Positions 45,076 to 55,187 of a DNA stretch of 64,000 nt are shown one piece after another. The stretch is from Anaerolineae bacterium. GTDB lineage: Bacteria; Chloroflexota; Anaerolineae; S140-20. Below the pieces are notes generated by a model, which saw only the letters and a list, made by a program, of their open reading frames with translations, was not told the DNA's origin and did no database searches. Where the stretch lies: the NCBI GenBank assembly GCA_027021705.1, contig JALUTT010000164.1, forward strand, positions 1 through 64,000. The letters are read 5' to 3'. The position numbers were made by a program, and so were the translations under genes. The stretch's first letter is position 1. Every line of letters starts with the position of its first letter.

Positions 45076-47307
45076 ATGAAGCGTTATTCCCTTGCTACCC
45101 TGCTCATCATCGCAGGGCTACTGTTGGGCAGCATCTCAACGACCGGGATGGGTGCCCCAGAGGCCATCTCAGACCCTACCCAACTCACCTCCCCCGATTC
45201 CCCAGGGAGCATCCCCAGAACCGCCGGGTCGGGGCCCCCGAGGAAAGCTGGGGCAACTCAGTATGGAGAGAATGTGGAACTGATGGGCCATATCGGTGGC
45301 TACATCAACACCGTGGCTGTACAGGGACACTATGCCTACATCGGTGAGGGACCGCAGCTAACCATCCTAGACATCTCCAACCCCGCTTCCCCAACCGTGG
45401 TGGGCAAAACGGCGCTGCTGCCCGCCAACGTACAAGACATCGCCGTCGCCGGCGATTATGCCTATGTGACCGCCGGGGCAGATGGAGGGCTACGGGTGGT
45501 GGACATAAGCAATCCCGCCAACCCCACAGAGGTGGGGCATTACGACACGCCAGGAAGCGCGGTAGGCGTAGCCGTGGCCGGCCACTACGCTTACGTAGCC
45601 GACGGGAACGACGGAGGGTTGCGAATCGTGGATGTGAGCGATCCCACCAACCCCGTCGAAGTCGGCTCCTACGATACGCCGGGGAGTGCCAGAGGCGTGG
45701 CTACGGCTGGCAACTACGCCTATATGGCCGACGGAAGCAGCGGGTTGCGGGTGTTGGATGTGGGCGACCCCACCGCCCCTACCGAGGTCGGCTCCTACGA
45801 TACACCAGGAGATGCTCGAAGTGTGGCTATGGTCGGTAACTATGCCTATATAGCCGACGGGGACAGTGGGGGGCTGCGGATCGTGGATGTGAGCAACCCC
45901 ACCAGCCCCACGGAGGTCGGCTTCTGCTACACGATGGGGTATGCTTTCAGCGTGGCTGTGGCCGGTGACTACGCCTATATGGCCAATTATCGGGCCGGAC
46001 TGCAAGTGGTAGATGTGAGTGATCCGGCCAATCCTACCGGGGTTGGCTCCTATGACACGCCGGGAAACGTCTGGGATGTGGCTGCCGGTGGCGGTTATGC
46101 CTATGTAGCCGACGCCTATTATGGGTTGTGGGTGATGGATGTAAGCAATCCCACTGCCCCGGCTGAAGCGGGCTTCTACGACACGCCGGGGAACGCCGTG
46201 AGCGTGGCCGTGGCCGGCAGTTATGCCTATGTAACCGCCGGAAGAGGTGGAGGGCTGCGGGTGGTGGACGTGAGTGATCCCGGCGCTCCTGCCGAGATCG
46301 GCTTCTACGATACACCCGGGTATGCCATAGGCGTGGCTGTAGCCGGCAACTATGTCTATGTAGCCGCCGGATCTGACGGACTGCGGGTGGTGGATGTGAG
46401 CAATCCTACCGCACCCACCGAGGTTGGGTTCTACTACGTGCTGGGGCAGCGGGCCTATGGCGTGGCTGTAGCCGGCAACTATGCCTATGTAGCCGCCGGA
46501 TCTGCTGGACTGCGGGTGGTGAACGTGAGCAACCCTACCGCTCCCATCGCTGTTGGCTACTACAGTGCACCAGGCTGGATCCCTGACGCCGCTGTGGTCG
46601 GGAGTTACACCTATGTAGCCGCCGGAAAGGATGGCGGGCTGCGGATCGCAGACGTGAGTGATCCTACCAATCCCACGGAGGTAGGGCATTACGACACGCC
46701 AGGAAGCGCAGTAGGCGTCGCCGTGGCCGGCTACTACGCCTATGTGGCCGATGGAGACAGTGGCCTGCGGGTGGTAGAGGTGAGTGACCCCACCAACCCC
46801 ACTGAGGTCGGTTTCTACGACACGCCGGGGGGTGCCAAAGGCGTGGCCGTGGCCGGGAACTACGCCTACGTCGCCGCTGGGGATGGAGGCCTGCGTGTGG
46901 TAGACGTGAGTGATCCCACCAACCCTATCGAGATAGGCTACTACGATACACTGGGGGAGGCCGAAGACGTGGCAGTAGCCGGGAACTACATCTACGTGGC
47001 TGATGGAGATAGCGGGCTGGTCATCCTGCGGTATACAGGCGGCGGCCCAACGTCTACCCCAACGCCCGCACTGACGCCAAGCCCCACTTCTCCCCCTGGT
47101 TCCACAGCCACTCCGACACCTATGGCGCAGGAACCCCGCCGGCGAGCTGATGGGCACCACCGCCGACACCGATACCCTCTATTGGTCCCTTGGAAATGGC
47201 TCTTCTTGGAGTGCGCCTCAGGTGCTTCAGACCGGTGTCAACGGTATCATTGGCCTCACCGCCGCCCGCCACGACGGCAGCCGGATGGTCGTCGCCCACA
47301 ACCGTGA
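45076..47307 (+). CDS. Secreted LVIVD-repeat protein with aberrant C-terminal tail after the PT linker
   Basis: GGAGGTG RBS, signal peptide and ~14 LVIVD repeats. After ...TATPTP (~47122) the frame turns into off-frame-like Arg/His-rich sequence. Confidence 0.85.
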   Translation: MKRYSLATLLIIAGLLLGSISTTGMGAPEAISDPTQLTSPDSPGSIPRTAGSGPPRKAGATQYGENVELMGHIGGYINTVAVQGHYAYIGEGPQLTILDISNPASPTVVGKTALLPANVQDIAVAGDYAYVTAGADGGLRVVDISNPANPTEVGHYDTPGSAVGVAVAGHYAYVADGNDGGLRIVDVSDPTNPVEVGSYDTPGSARGVATAGNYAYMADGSSGLRVLDVGDPTAPTEVGSYDTPGDARSVAMVGNYAYIADGDSGGLRIVDVSNPTSPTEVGFCYTMGYAFSVAVAGDYAYMANYRAGLQVVDVSDPANPTGVGSYDTPGNVWDVAAGGGYAYVADAYYGLWVMDVSNPTAPAEAGFYDTPGNAVSVAVAGSYAYVTAGRGGGLRVVDVSDPGAPAEIGFYDTPGYAIGVAVAGNYVYVAAGSDGLRVVDVSNPTAPTEVGFYYVLGQRAYGVAVAGNYAYVAAGSAGLRVVNVSNPTAPIAVGYYSAPGWIPDAAVVGSYTYVAAGKDGGLRIADVSDPTNPTEVGHYDTPGSAVGVAVAGYYAYVADGDSGLRVVEVSDPTNPTEVGFYDTPGGAKGVAVAGNYAYVAAGDGGLRVVDVSDPTNPIEIGYYDTLGEAEDVAVAGNYIYVADGDSGLVILRYTGGGPTSTPTPALTPSPTSPPGSTATPTPMAQEPRRRADGHHRRHRYPLLVPWKWLFLECASGASDRCQRYHWPHRRPPRRQPDGRRPQP

Positions 47308-47800
47308 GGCTAGTCGAAGGCTCCGCCGCCATCCTCGACCACACTGCCGCCCAGGACCCTTAGGGCAACCTCGTCCTCCTGTGGCAGGGTTCTCTCCCGA
47401 AGGGGTGGATGTCTTCTATGCCACCTATGATGAGACTTTCAACGCCTTCAGCCTGGTCGCCCAACTGACCCACGATCAGCTACTTTTCCCGCGGCCCTCC
47501 GGCTGAACAACCCAGAGACGGGGCCGGTGGTAGCTCAGGTCACCTTGGGAAGTCTGGAGACCGGTGCCAAGGAGCAGGCCCAGGCGGTGTGGGATGCTTC
47601 GACGACCGCTGTCGGCTGGCATCAGGCCTACGCCATCGTGGACCCAACGGACGGGATCACGGAGGCCGATGAGGAGAACAACCTCGGTTGGGCAGGGGTG
47701 GGACTTCTGCCCGACCTGGTGCTGCGGCCCACGGCAGTGATCACCGGCATCAACGCCGATGGGACCCAGGCGGCGAGCCTGTGGGTCTTCGGCGCGCAGG
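47124..47800 (+). pseudogene. Decayed fragments of a large secreted CARDB-containing gene
   Basis: Pieces in shifting frames: WRRNPAGELMGTTADTDTLYWSLGNGSSWSAP; AAQDP*GNLVLLWQG (TAG at 47361); FSPEGVDVFYATYDETFNAFSLVAQLTHD; CARDB end AIVDPTDGITEADEENN...LPDLVL. Confidence 0.72.
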
Positions 47801-47948
47801 TCTGCGCCCGAACTGCTCATTTTCGACCGTTGGCCAATCTCAAACGGGCACGCTAGACAATGCATTATTCGCGAGGCCCTGCACCACTGTCCGGCTCAAC
47901 TAACTATCACGCTTCAACCAGCTGCATAGTTCGTGAGGAGGAAAAAGG

Positions 47949-50900
47949 ATGAACAGGCGCAAGTTATTCAATCTGGTGTTCACTGCTATGTTACTATTGG
48001 GCTTGTTGCCGGCCATGATGAGCATTGCTCAGACATCTCCTCGACAAAGAGAATCTATGACCCGTGAGGAAGGGATCCAGACGAACACACCAACGGCCCC
48101 GCAGCAAGCGCTAAGACCCGTGGTGAGCTTGCCGCTCAAACACGACGTCTCTCCTCCTTTATCGAGCATCAAACCAATTCCTCCCAAACCAGGAGAGGTC
48201 TTGCGCGAGATCCCGCGCCTGCCCATGCCTAAGGCACTAGCCAGCCAGTCCAAGGGTAGAGCGTTGGGACCTATCCTCCAGGACCGACCGGGTACGATTA
48301 ACATGGCCCCCACCATTCAAAACTTTGAAGGTATCAACAACGTCAATGGGGTGTTGCCGCCCGATACCCAAGGTGACGTTGGCCCCAATCACTATGTCCA
48401 GTGGGTCAACCTCTCCTTCGCTATCTGGGACAAGGACGGCAACCTGCTGTACGGCCCGGCTGATGGCAACACCCTGTGGGTCGGCTTTGGGGGGATATGT
48501 GAGAGCAACAACGACGGCGACCCTATCACCCTCTACGACCCCATCGCCGACCGCTGGCTAATGAGCCAGTTTGCCCTGAACTTTCCCAACGATTTCCACC
48601 AGTGTATCGCCATCTCTCAAACAGGGGATCCCACCGGCGCCTGGTACCGCTATGACTATCAGGTCAGCACAACCAAGATGAACGACTACCCCAAGTTCGG
48701 GGTCTGGCCGGATGCCTACTATATGACGGCCAACCAGTTCGACGGCAGCACGTTCGCCTGGGCAGGGGCAGGTGTGTGGGCCTTTGAGCGGGACAAGATG
48801 CTCACCGGCGATGCTGCCCAGATGGTCTACTTTGACCTGTATGGGGTTAACCCCAACTACGGAGGCATGCTTCCTGCCGACCTGGATGGCTGGACCCTGC
48901 CGCCGAGTGGCACCCCCGGCCTCTTTGTCGAGTGGGACGACAGCGACTGGCTGGACGACCCCGCTGACACGCTTCGCATCTGGGAGTTCCATGTGGACTG
49001 GGACACACCGGCCAACTCGACCTTTGGCATTGGTGGGGCCCCCAACTATATGGTCACTACTGCCGACGTAGACCCCGATATGTGCGGTGGTTCCCGCAAC
49101 TGCATCCCCCAGCCAGGTGGCACAGCCCTGGATGCCATCGCAGACCGGTTGATGTACCGCCTGCAGTACCGCAACTTTGGTAGCTACCAGACCCTGGTCT
49201 CCAACCACACGGTAGATGTGGATGGCATCGACCACGCCGGCATCCACTGGTTCGAGTTACGGAACAATGGCGGCGGTTGGAATATGTATCAGGAAGGCGT
49301 CTACGCCCCGGACAGCGACCACCGATGGATGGGCAGCGTGGCTTTGGATCGGCAGGGCAACATGGCGATGGGCTATAGCGTCTCCAGCGGCGATACCTAC
49401 CCTTCCATACGTTATGCGGGTCGCCTGGCAGGCGACCCGCTGGGCACCCTGCCCCAGGCCGAGGTCGAGATCATCGCCGGCAGTGGCTATCAACAACACT
49501 CCTCCGGCAGGTGGGGCGACTATAGTATGATAGCCGTAGACCCAGTGGACGACTGCACCTTCTGGTACACCCAAGAGTACTACGAAGTCGTCGGCACCGC
49601 TCCCTGGCAGACCCGCATCGCTTCCTTCCAGTTTCCCAGCTGCCTGGGCCCCACAGGCACCCTGAGCGGCACGGTCACGGAGGACGGCAGCGGCACGCCC
49701 ATCATCGGTGCGAAGATAACAGCCGAGACTAATCCGACCTTTGTGACCTACAGCCAACCGCCCAACGGAGCCTATGAGCTCTCCGCCATCCCCACGGGGA
49801 CCTACACGGTGACCGCCCAGGCCTACGGCTACCTGCCCCAGACCTCCACCGGGGTGCAAGTCTATTCCGGCACCGTCACCACCCAGGACTTTCAACTGAG
49901 CGCAGCGCCCAGCTATGTCATCAGCGGCACCGTTACCGATGCAACCACTGGCTGGCCCCTCTACGCCCGTATAGACATTGACGGCTATCCAGGCGACGCT
50001 ATCTGGACCAATCCGGAGACCGGGTTCTACAGCATCACCCTGGTGGCCGGGATCACCTACAATTTTGACGTGGCCGCCTGGGTGGATGGCTATCTGCCCG
50101 AAAACCGTGATGTCGCAGTGGCGGACAATGCCACCGAGAACTTTGCTCTGGAGGCCGACCTGGCGACCTGCAATGCGCCCGGCTATGAACCGTCCTACGC
50201 CTATCTGGAAGACTTTGAAGCTGATGATGGCAACTACACCCACGGCGGGGACGAAGACGAATGGGAGTGGGGCACACCGATCGGCTGGCCCGACGGTTGC
50301 GCCGACGGCACGAGCTGCTGGGGCACCGACCTGGACGACACCTACGGAGATAACGCCGACAACTGGTTGATGTCTCCGGTGATCACCCTCAATGGGATGC
50401 ATGGACAAAACACAACGCTCGCCTGGCAACAGGCCTGGGAGATCGAAAGTAGCACTTGGGATCATGCTTACGCCGAGATCACGCTTGATGGAGGCGCGAC
50501 CTGGATCGAGATGTGGTCGCACACGGGCGGGACGGCCACCGAAGACTGGCAGGAGTTAAAATATGAGTTTACCGTCCCTGCCAGCGAGCAGATCCAGATC
50601 CGATGGCGTATGACCAGCGACGGTTCGATCACGTACCGGGGCCTCTATGTGGACCGCGTAAGTATCCTCCGAGCATGCGTCCCGCTACCCGGTGGCCTAG
50701 TGGTGGGCAACGTCTACGACGACAACACGGGTGATCCGCTGGTCGGCGCCGAGGTGGAGAACGAGGACAGCTACGCCACGACCACCGAAGCCACGCCCAA
50801 TGACCCGGCCATAAACGACGGCTTCTACACCCTCTTCTCCCCGACCGGCTCCAAGACCTTCACCGCCACAATGAGCGGCGGCTACGCCCCTGACGTAGCG

Positions 50901-53900
50901 AGCGTCACTGTGGTCCAGAGCGACACCGTACGCCAGGACTTTTACCTGGCGGCCGGCTGGCTCTCTTACGCACCGCCAGCTCTGGAAGTGACCCTCGAAC
51001 TGGGTATGACCACCTCCCTTCCCCTTACGCTGAGCAACAACGGCGGGGTCCCAGCCAATTACGAACTGCTCGAGCTGGACAAAGGCTGGGGTCCTCTCGG
51101 TCCCTTCGAGTCGCCTCTGTACGTCGTCAAACCTTCCAAGTCCTATAGCCTGACTGCTGAAGGATTAACCCTGCTCGATCCGCCCCAAGCTCCACCCTAC
51201 GCTGCCGGCGACATCATCCAAGCTTGGCCGACCGGCTTGACCTACGCTTGGGGGCTAGGATATAACACCCTGGCTACGGACTTGTGGCTGGGGAACATTG
51301 GGGCTGGCGGTGGCGATGACCTGGATTACCGCTTCTTGCCCGATGGCACCAACACAGGCGACGCCATAGACACCTCATCATGGATCGGCTACTGGGCCGG
51401 AGACATAACCTTCAACCAGAACACCGGAATGCTCTGGCAGGTCAATGTCGGCGGCGATAACTGCATCTACGAACTGGATCCGGTCAGCCTGGCGCCGACC
51501 GGCAACAACATCTGCCCCGGCTTTAGCACCTCTCAGCGCGGCCTGGCCTATGACCCCACGACCGACACCTACTTTGCCGGCGGGTGGAACGACTCGATGA
51601 TCCACCACTTTGCCTCGGATGGCACTATGCTGGACGAGGTGAACGTGTCCCTAGCCATCGCCGGTCTGGCTTACAACCCCGACACCCAGCACTTGTTCGT
51701 CATAGTCAACGCTTCCCCGAACCTAGTCTACGTGTTGGACGCGACCAACAACTATGCTGTCCTGGGTCAGTTCTCCGTCGCCAGCTTTAGCGACTACGGC
51801 GGCGCCGGCCTGGCAATGGACTGCGACGGCACGCTGTGGGCTGTAGATCAACAGGCGCAAACCGTCTACCAGTTCGAGTCGGGCGAATCTACCACGATGT
51901 GCTCTTTCGACGTGCTATGGCTCAGCGAGGACCCCATCAGTGGCACCGTTGCTTCGATGGCCAACACGCCCATCACCGTCACCTTCGACGCCGGTCAAGT
52001 GGCTCAGCCAGGAACCTACTATGCTCAACTCAAAGTCAAGGACGACACTCCCTACGACGTGCCTAACGCCCCCGTAACCATGACCGTCACCGCGCCCCCC
52101 ACCTGGGGCAAGCTGAACGGCACCGTCACTGGCCTAGGCTACTGCGACGCCGACCCCAACCCCCTAGAGGGCGCTCAGATCCACATCCAGTCTGCCAACG
52201 CGGCGGTCACGACCACGACCGTGCTGAGTGAGGACTTTGAGACCTGGCTGCCCACCGGCTGGACCATCGTCACCAATGGCGGCGACTGTACGTGGGAGAG
52301 CACGGCAACGACCGGACGGCCCAACTATGCCGGCGGGGATGGTGAGGCCGCCGATGCCGACAGTGACTGGTGCGGCAGCGGAACCACTATGGACACCGAG
52401 CTGTGGACGCCAGCCATAGACCTCTCTGGCTACGACGAGGCCAAGCTGGACTTCGTTGCCGCCTACAACGACATCACTGCAGGTGGTGGTGACTACTTTG
52501 CAGTGGACGTCAGCTCCGACGGCGGCGCAACCTGGACTAACCTGCTCTCCTGGAACGAGGACCACGACGCCACCGGGCCGGGGGAGGCAGTCAGCATTGA
52601 TCTGACGCCTTACTTGTCCGACCAGGTCGTGGTGCGATTCCACTATGTCGCCCCTGGCTGGGACTGGTGGGCAGAGGTAGACCAGGTGCGCGTCATCGGT
52701 TCTGTCTACACAGGAATCTGGTCGTTGGAGACCGACGAGAACGGCTACTACCAGGTCTGGTTTGACGAGGCCTATAGTCCTGTGACCGTGACCGTCACCC
52801 ATCCCGACCACGAGGATGGAATGGTTACCGAGGTAGCGGTGACCAGCCAGATGACGATCACTCAGGACTTTGACCTGCGCTGGCTCAAGCCCTGTGGCAG
52901 CGCCAGCCCGCCCTTCATGGAGGTCACCGTGGTGCGCGGCACCTCGGAGACGCTGCCGCTGGTGTTAAGCAACGACGGCGCGATGGACATGGCTTTCGAG
53001 ATGAGGGAAACCACAAAGACTTTGTCCTTGCCGTTGCCAACAACCAACCGAGCAGCCGGACACGGAGAATGGCTGTACCGCGCTTCACAAGGTGTTGCGT
53101 TATCAACCAACACAGGTGAACAGAAATTAGCCTACCCTGCCGCCTACCGTTGGGAACCTGCTGCACCCAGCCAGTTCAACGTGCTGGTCTACGCCGATGA
53201 CTTTATCCACACGCCTCCCAATACGTACGTGGACCGGGCTTTGCAGGCGCTGGGAATCGCCTACACCGCTCACTATGACGGAGATTTCTCTGGCTTTGCA
53301 GCCGATCTCAGCAATGGCGGGCCGTGGGACCTGGTGATCTTTGAAAACACCAGCTACAACTCCAATGGTGTAGGCTTTCCAGAGATGCTGGCTTACGTTC
53401 AGGACGGAGGCAAGCTGGCCGCCGAGATTTGGACTATGCTGTGGGACAACACTGACCCGCTGTATGCCGAGATGGGTGTGAGCTATGTAAGTAACGACGT
53501 AGCAGCCCCCCCTGTCTACTGGTGGGCACCGAGCCACAACATCTTTAACGTCCCAGAGAGCGCACCCGAATGGTTGACCCGCAACTGCCCAGCCAGGTGG
53601 TCCTGCGGGCAATACCTTGATCCTGTGTCCGGAGTATCCATCGCTTTGGCCGGCTACACCACACCCGGGCCCAACGTTGGCCAAGCCACACTGATCCTGC
53701 GGAACGATGAGCAAACAGTCTACAAGGGGTTTGCCGACATCACCACCGACGCAGATATCGATGGAGACGGAACTCCGGACGGCATTGAGCTATGGGAGAA
53801 CATCGCCACTGGGTTGCTGGAGGGCTTTGGCGGCGCCGACATTCCCTGGCTCGACGAAGACCCCATCGCCGGCACCGTGTCCACCGACAGCAGTGTCCCG

Positions 53901-54872
53901 GTCAGCATCACTTTCACCGCCTTCCCGACCATGACCGGTGGTATTTACACCGCGACCCTCATCGTAAAGACCGATGATCCGGTCAACAGCAGCCTTGACC
54001 TTCCGGTGACTATGACTGTCGTCTATGCGCCGGTTTGCAGCTTTACGGCCAGCAGCCCAGACGATCTGGGCATGACCACTATCTTTACCAACACCACCGA
54101 CGAGGGCTACTCACCGACCACTTATCGTTGGAACTTTGGCGACGGAAGTGGGGTCAGCGCTGCAGCCAATCCCACCCACACGTACAACCTGCCCGGTCTC
54201 TACACCGCCGTCCTGACCGCCACGAACGCCTACGGCGCCAATGTCTGCACGGCCACGGTATCGGTCGAGGGTGTGGTGGCCGGCTTTACCTCCAACAGCC
54301 CGGTCCTGCTGGGCGAGGAAATGGTCTTTACCAACACCACCGTCGCCAACCCAGGCATCGTGCAGTGGATGTGGACTTTTGGCGACAGCGGAATTGCCTA
54401 CACCGAGAACCCAGTCCACACCTACACGGCTCCCGGCACCTACACCGTGACTCTGCTCGCGGCCATCGCTCCCAGCGGTCCGAACAGCCCAGAGGCACTG
54501 GAGAACGTCTACGACTTTTACGTGGACACCGTGGAGGTCATCACCGCATGCCAGCCAGTGACCGGTGCAAGCTTTAGCTGGTTGCCGGCCACACCGGTAG
54601 AGAACGAGACAGTGACCTTCACTGGGACAGTGGCAGCTGGAACATCGCCCATCACCTACACCTGGGCCTTTGGCGACGGCGCGACGGCGAGCGGAGCCAC
54701 CGTAGCCCACGCTTATACATCGGCCGGCAACTACACGGTGTGGATGACAGCCACCAATTGCAACGGTACAGGCGTGTCGGTCATCTCGGACACGCTGGCC
54801 ATAGCAGCGCCCGTATCTTCCATGCACCCCGTCTATCTGCCGCTCATCGGCAAAAATACAAGCGGCAACTAG
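47949..54872 (+). CDS. 2307-aa secreted multidomain protein: PPD..GDVGPNH/WGDY domain, carboxypeptidase-regulatory-like Igs, jelly-rolls, propeller, 3 PKD, C-terminal VYLPLIGK
   Basis: GAGGAGG RBS and signal peptide. GTLSGTVT...PIIGA.I (CarboxypepD_reg-like), EDFE...W...D.V.I jelly-rolls, and W.FGD...NP.HTY..PG.Y (PKD). Confidence 0.92.
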   Translation: MNRRKLFNLVFTAMLLLGLLPAMMSIAQTSPRQRESMTREEGIQTNTPTAPQQALRPVVSLPLKHDVSPPLSSIKPIPPKPGEVLREIPRLPMPKALASQSKGRALGPILQDRPGTINMAPTIQNFEGINNVNGVLPPDTQGDVGPNHYVQWVNLSFAIWDKDGNLLYGPADGNTLWVGFGGICESNNDGDPITLYDPIADRWLMSQFALNFPNDFHQCIAISQTGDPTGAWYRYDYQVSTTKMNDYPKFGVWPDAYYMTANQFDGSTFAWAGAGVWAFERDKMLTGDAAQMVYFDLYGVNPNYGGMLPADLDGWTLPPSGTPGLFVEWDDSDWLDDPADTLRIWEFHVDWDTPANSTFGIGGAPNYMVTTADVDPDMCGGSRNCIPQPGGTALDAIADRLMYRLQYRNFGSYQTLVSNHTVDVDGIDHAGIHWFELRNNGGGWNMYQEGVYAPDSDHRWMGSVALDRQGNMAMGYSVSSGDTYPSIRYAGRLAGDPLGTLPQAEVEIIAGSGYQQHSSGRWGDYSMIAVDPVDDCTFWYTQEYYEVVGTAPWQTRIASFQFPSCLGPTGTLSGTVTEDGSGTPIIGAKITAETNPTFVTYSQPPNGAYELSAIPTGTYTVTAQAYGYLPQTSTGVQVYSGTVTTQDFQLSAAPSYVISGTVTDATTGWPLYARIDIDGYPGDAIWTNPETGFYSITLVAGITYNFDVAAWVDGYLPENRDVAVADNATENFALEADLATCNAPGYEPSYAYLEDFEADDGNYTHGGDEDEWEWGTPIGWPDGCADGTSCWGTDLDDTYGDNADNWLMSPVITLNGMHGQNTTLAWQQAWEIESSTWDHAYAEITLDGGATWIEMWSHTGGTATEDWQELKYEFTVPASEQIQIRWRMTSDGSITYRGLYVDRVSILRACVPLPGGLVVGNVYDDNTGDPLVGAEVENEDSYATTTEATPNDPAINDGFYTLFSPTGSKTFTATMSGGYAPDVASVTVVQSDTVRQDFYLAAGWLSYAPPALEVTLELGMTTSLPLTLSNNGGVPANYELLELDKGWGPLGPFESPLYVVKPSKSYSLTAEGLTLLDPPQAPPYAAGDIIQAWPTGLTYAWGLGYNTLATDLWLGNIGAGGGDDLDYRFLPDGTNTGDAIDTSSWIGYWAGDITFNQNTGMLWQVNVGGDNCIYELDPVSLAPTGNNICPGFSTSQRGLAYDPTTDTYFAGGWNDSMIHHFASDGTMLDEVNVSLAIAGLAYNPDTQHLFVIVNASPNLVYVLDATNNYAVLGQFSVASFSDYGGAGLAMDCDGTLWAVDQQAQTVYQFESGESTTMCSFDVLWLSEDPISGTVASMANTPITVTFDAGQVAQPGTYYAQLKVKDDTPYDVPNAPVTMTVTAPPTWGKLNGTVTGLGYCDADPNPLEGAQIHIQSANAAVTTTTVLSEDFETWLPTGWTIVTNGGDCTWESTATTGRPNYAGGDGEAADADSDWCGSGTTMDTELWTPAIDLSGYDEAKLDFVAAYNDITAGGGDYFAVDVSSDGGATWTNLLSWNEDHDATGPGEAVSIDLTPYLSDQVVVRFHYVAPGWDWWAEVDQVRVIGSVYTGIWSLETDENGYYQVWFDEAYSPVTVTVTHPDHEDGMVTEVAVTSQMTITQDFDLRWLKPCGSASPPFMEVTVVRGTSETLPLVLSNDGAMDMAFEMRETTKTLSLPLPTTNRAAGHGEWLYRASQGVALSTNTGEQKLAYPAAYRWEPAAPSQFNVLVYADDFIHTPPNTYVDRALQALGIAYTAHYDGDFSGFAADLSNGGPWDLVIFENTSYNSNGVGFPEMLAYVQDGGKLAAEIWTMLWDNTDPLYAEMGVSYVSNDVAAPPVYWWAPSHNIFNVPESAPEWLTRNCPARWSCGQYLDPVSGVSIALAGYTTPGPNVGQATLILRNDEQTVYKGFADITTDADIDGDGTPDGIELWENIATGLLEGFGGADIPWLDEDPIAGTVSTDSSVPVSITFTAFPTMTGGIYTATLIVKTDDPVNSSLDLPVTMTVVYAPVCSFTASSPDDLGMTTIFTNTTDEGYSPTTYRWNFGDGSGVSAAANPTHTYNLPGLYTAVLTATNAYGANVCTATVSVEGVVAGFTSNSPVLLGEEMVFTNTTVANPGIVQWMWTFGDSGIAYTENPVHTYTAPGTYTVTLLAAIAPSGPNSPEALENVYDFYVDTVEVITACQPVTGASFSWLPATPVENETVTFTGTVAAGTSPITYTWAFGDGATASGATVAHAYTSAGNYTVWMTATNCNGTGVSVISDTLAIAAPVSSMHPVYLPLIGKNTSGN

Positions 54873-55012
54873 CTCTGCTGGCAACTGTAGAAGCTGCCAA
54901 TTGGAGAGATGATGGTTCTACCTGCCTCTAACCTAGAAAAAGGGGCAGGACAACCGCTACTCTGTTCTTACCGGTGATTACCCATAAGTGAGCAAGAGGA
55001 TGGGCTGTGGTA

Positions 55013-55091
55013 GGCCGTCCACGAATTTCTCGCGGATACACGAATGGGGCGGCTCCTGATTCGTGTATTCGTGCCCCATTCGTGGACGGCC
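55013..55091. repeat. Nested palindromic REP/MITE-like element between convergent genes
   Basis: Outer arms GGCCGTCCACGAAT / ATTCGTGGACGGCC. Inner arms ATACACGAAT / ATTCGTGTAT. Alternative stem CACGAATGGGGC / GCCCCATTCGTG. Confidence 0.8.
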
Positions 55092-55187
55092 CATCTCCCC
55101 ACCCCCAAGATATGGGTAATCACTACTGTTCTTAAGGTAGCGAGAACGTAGCCCTCGCTCACCAGCCGAAAGGCATCGAAAGAATCC

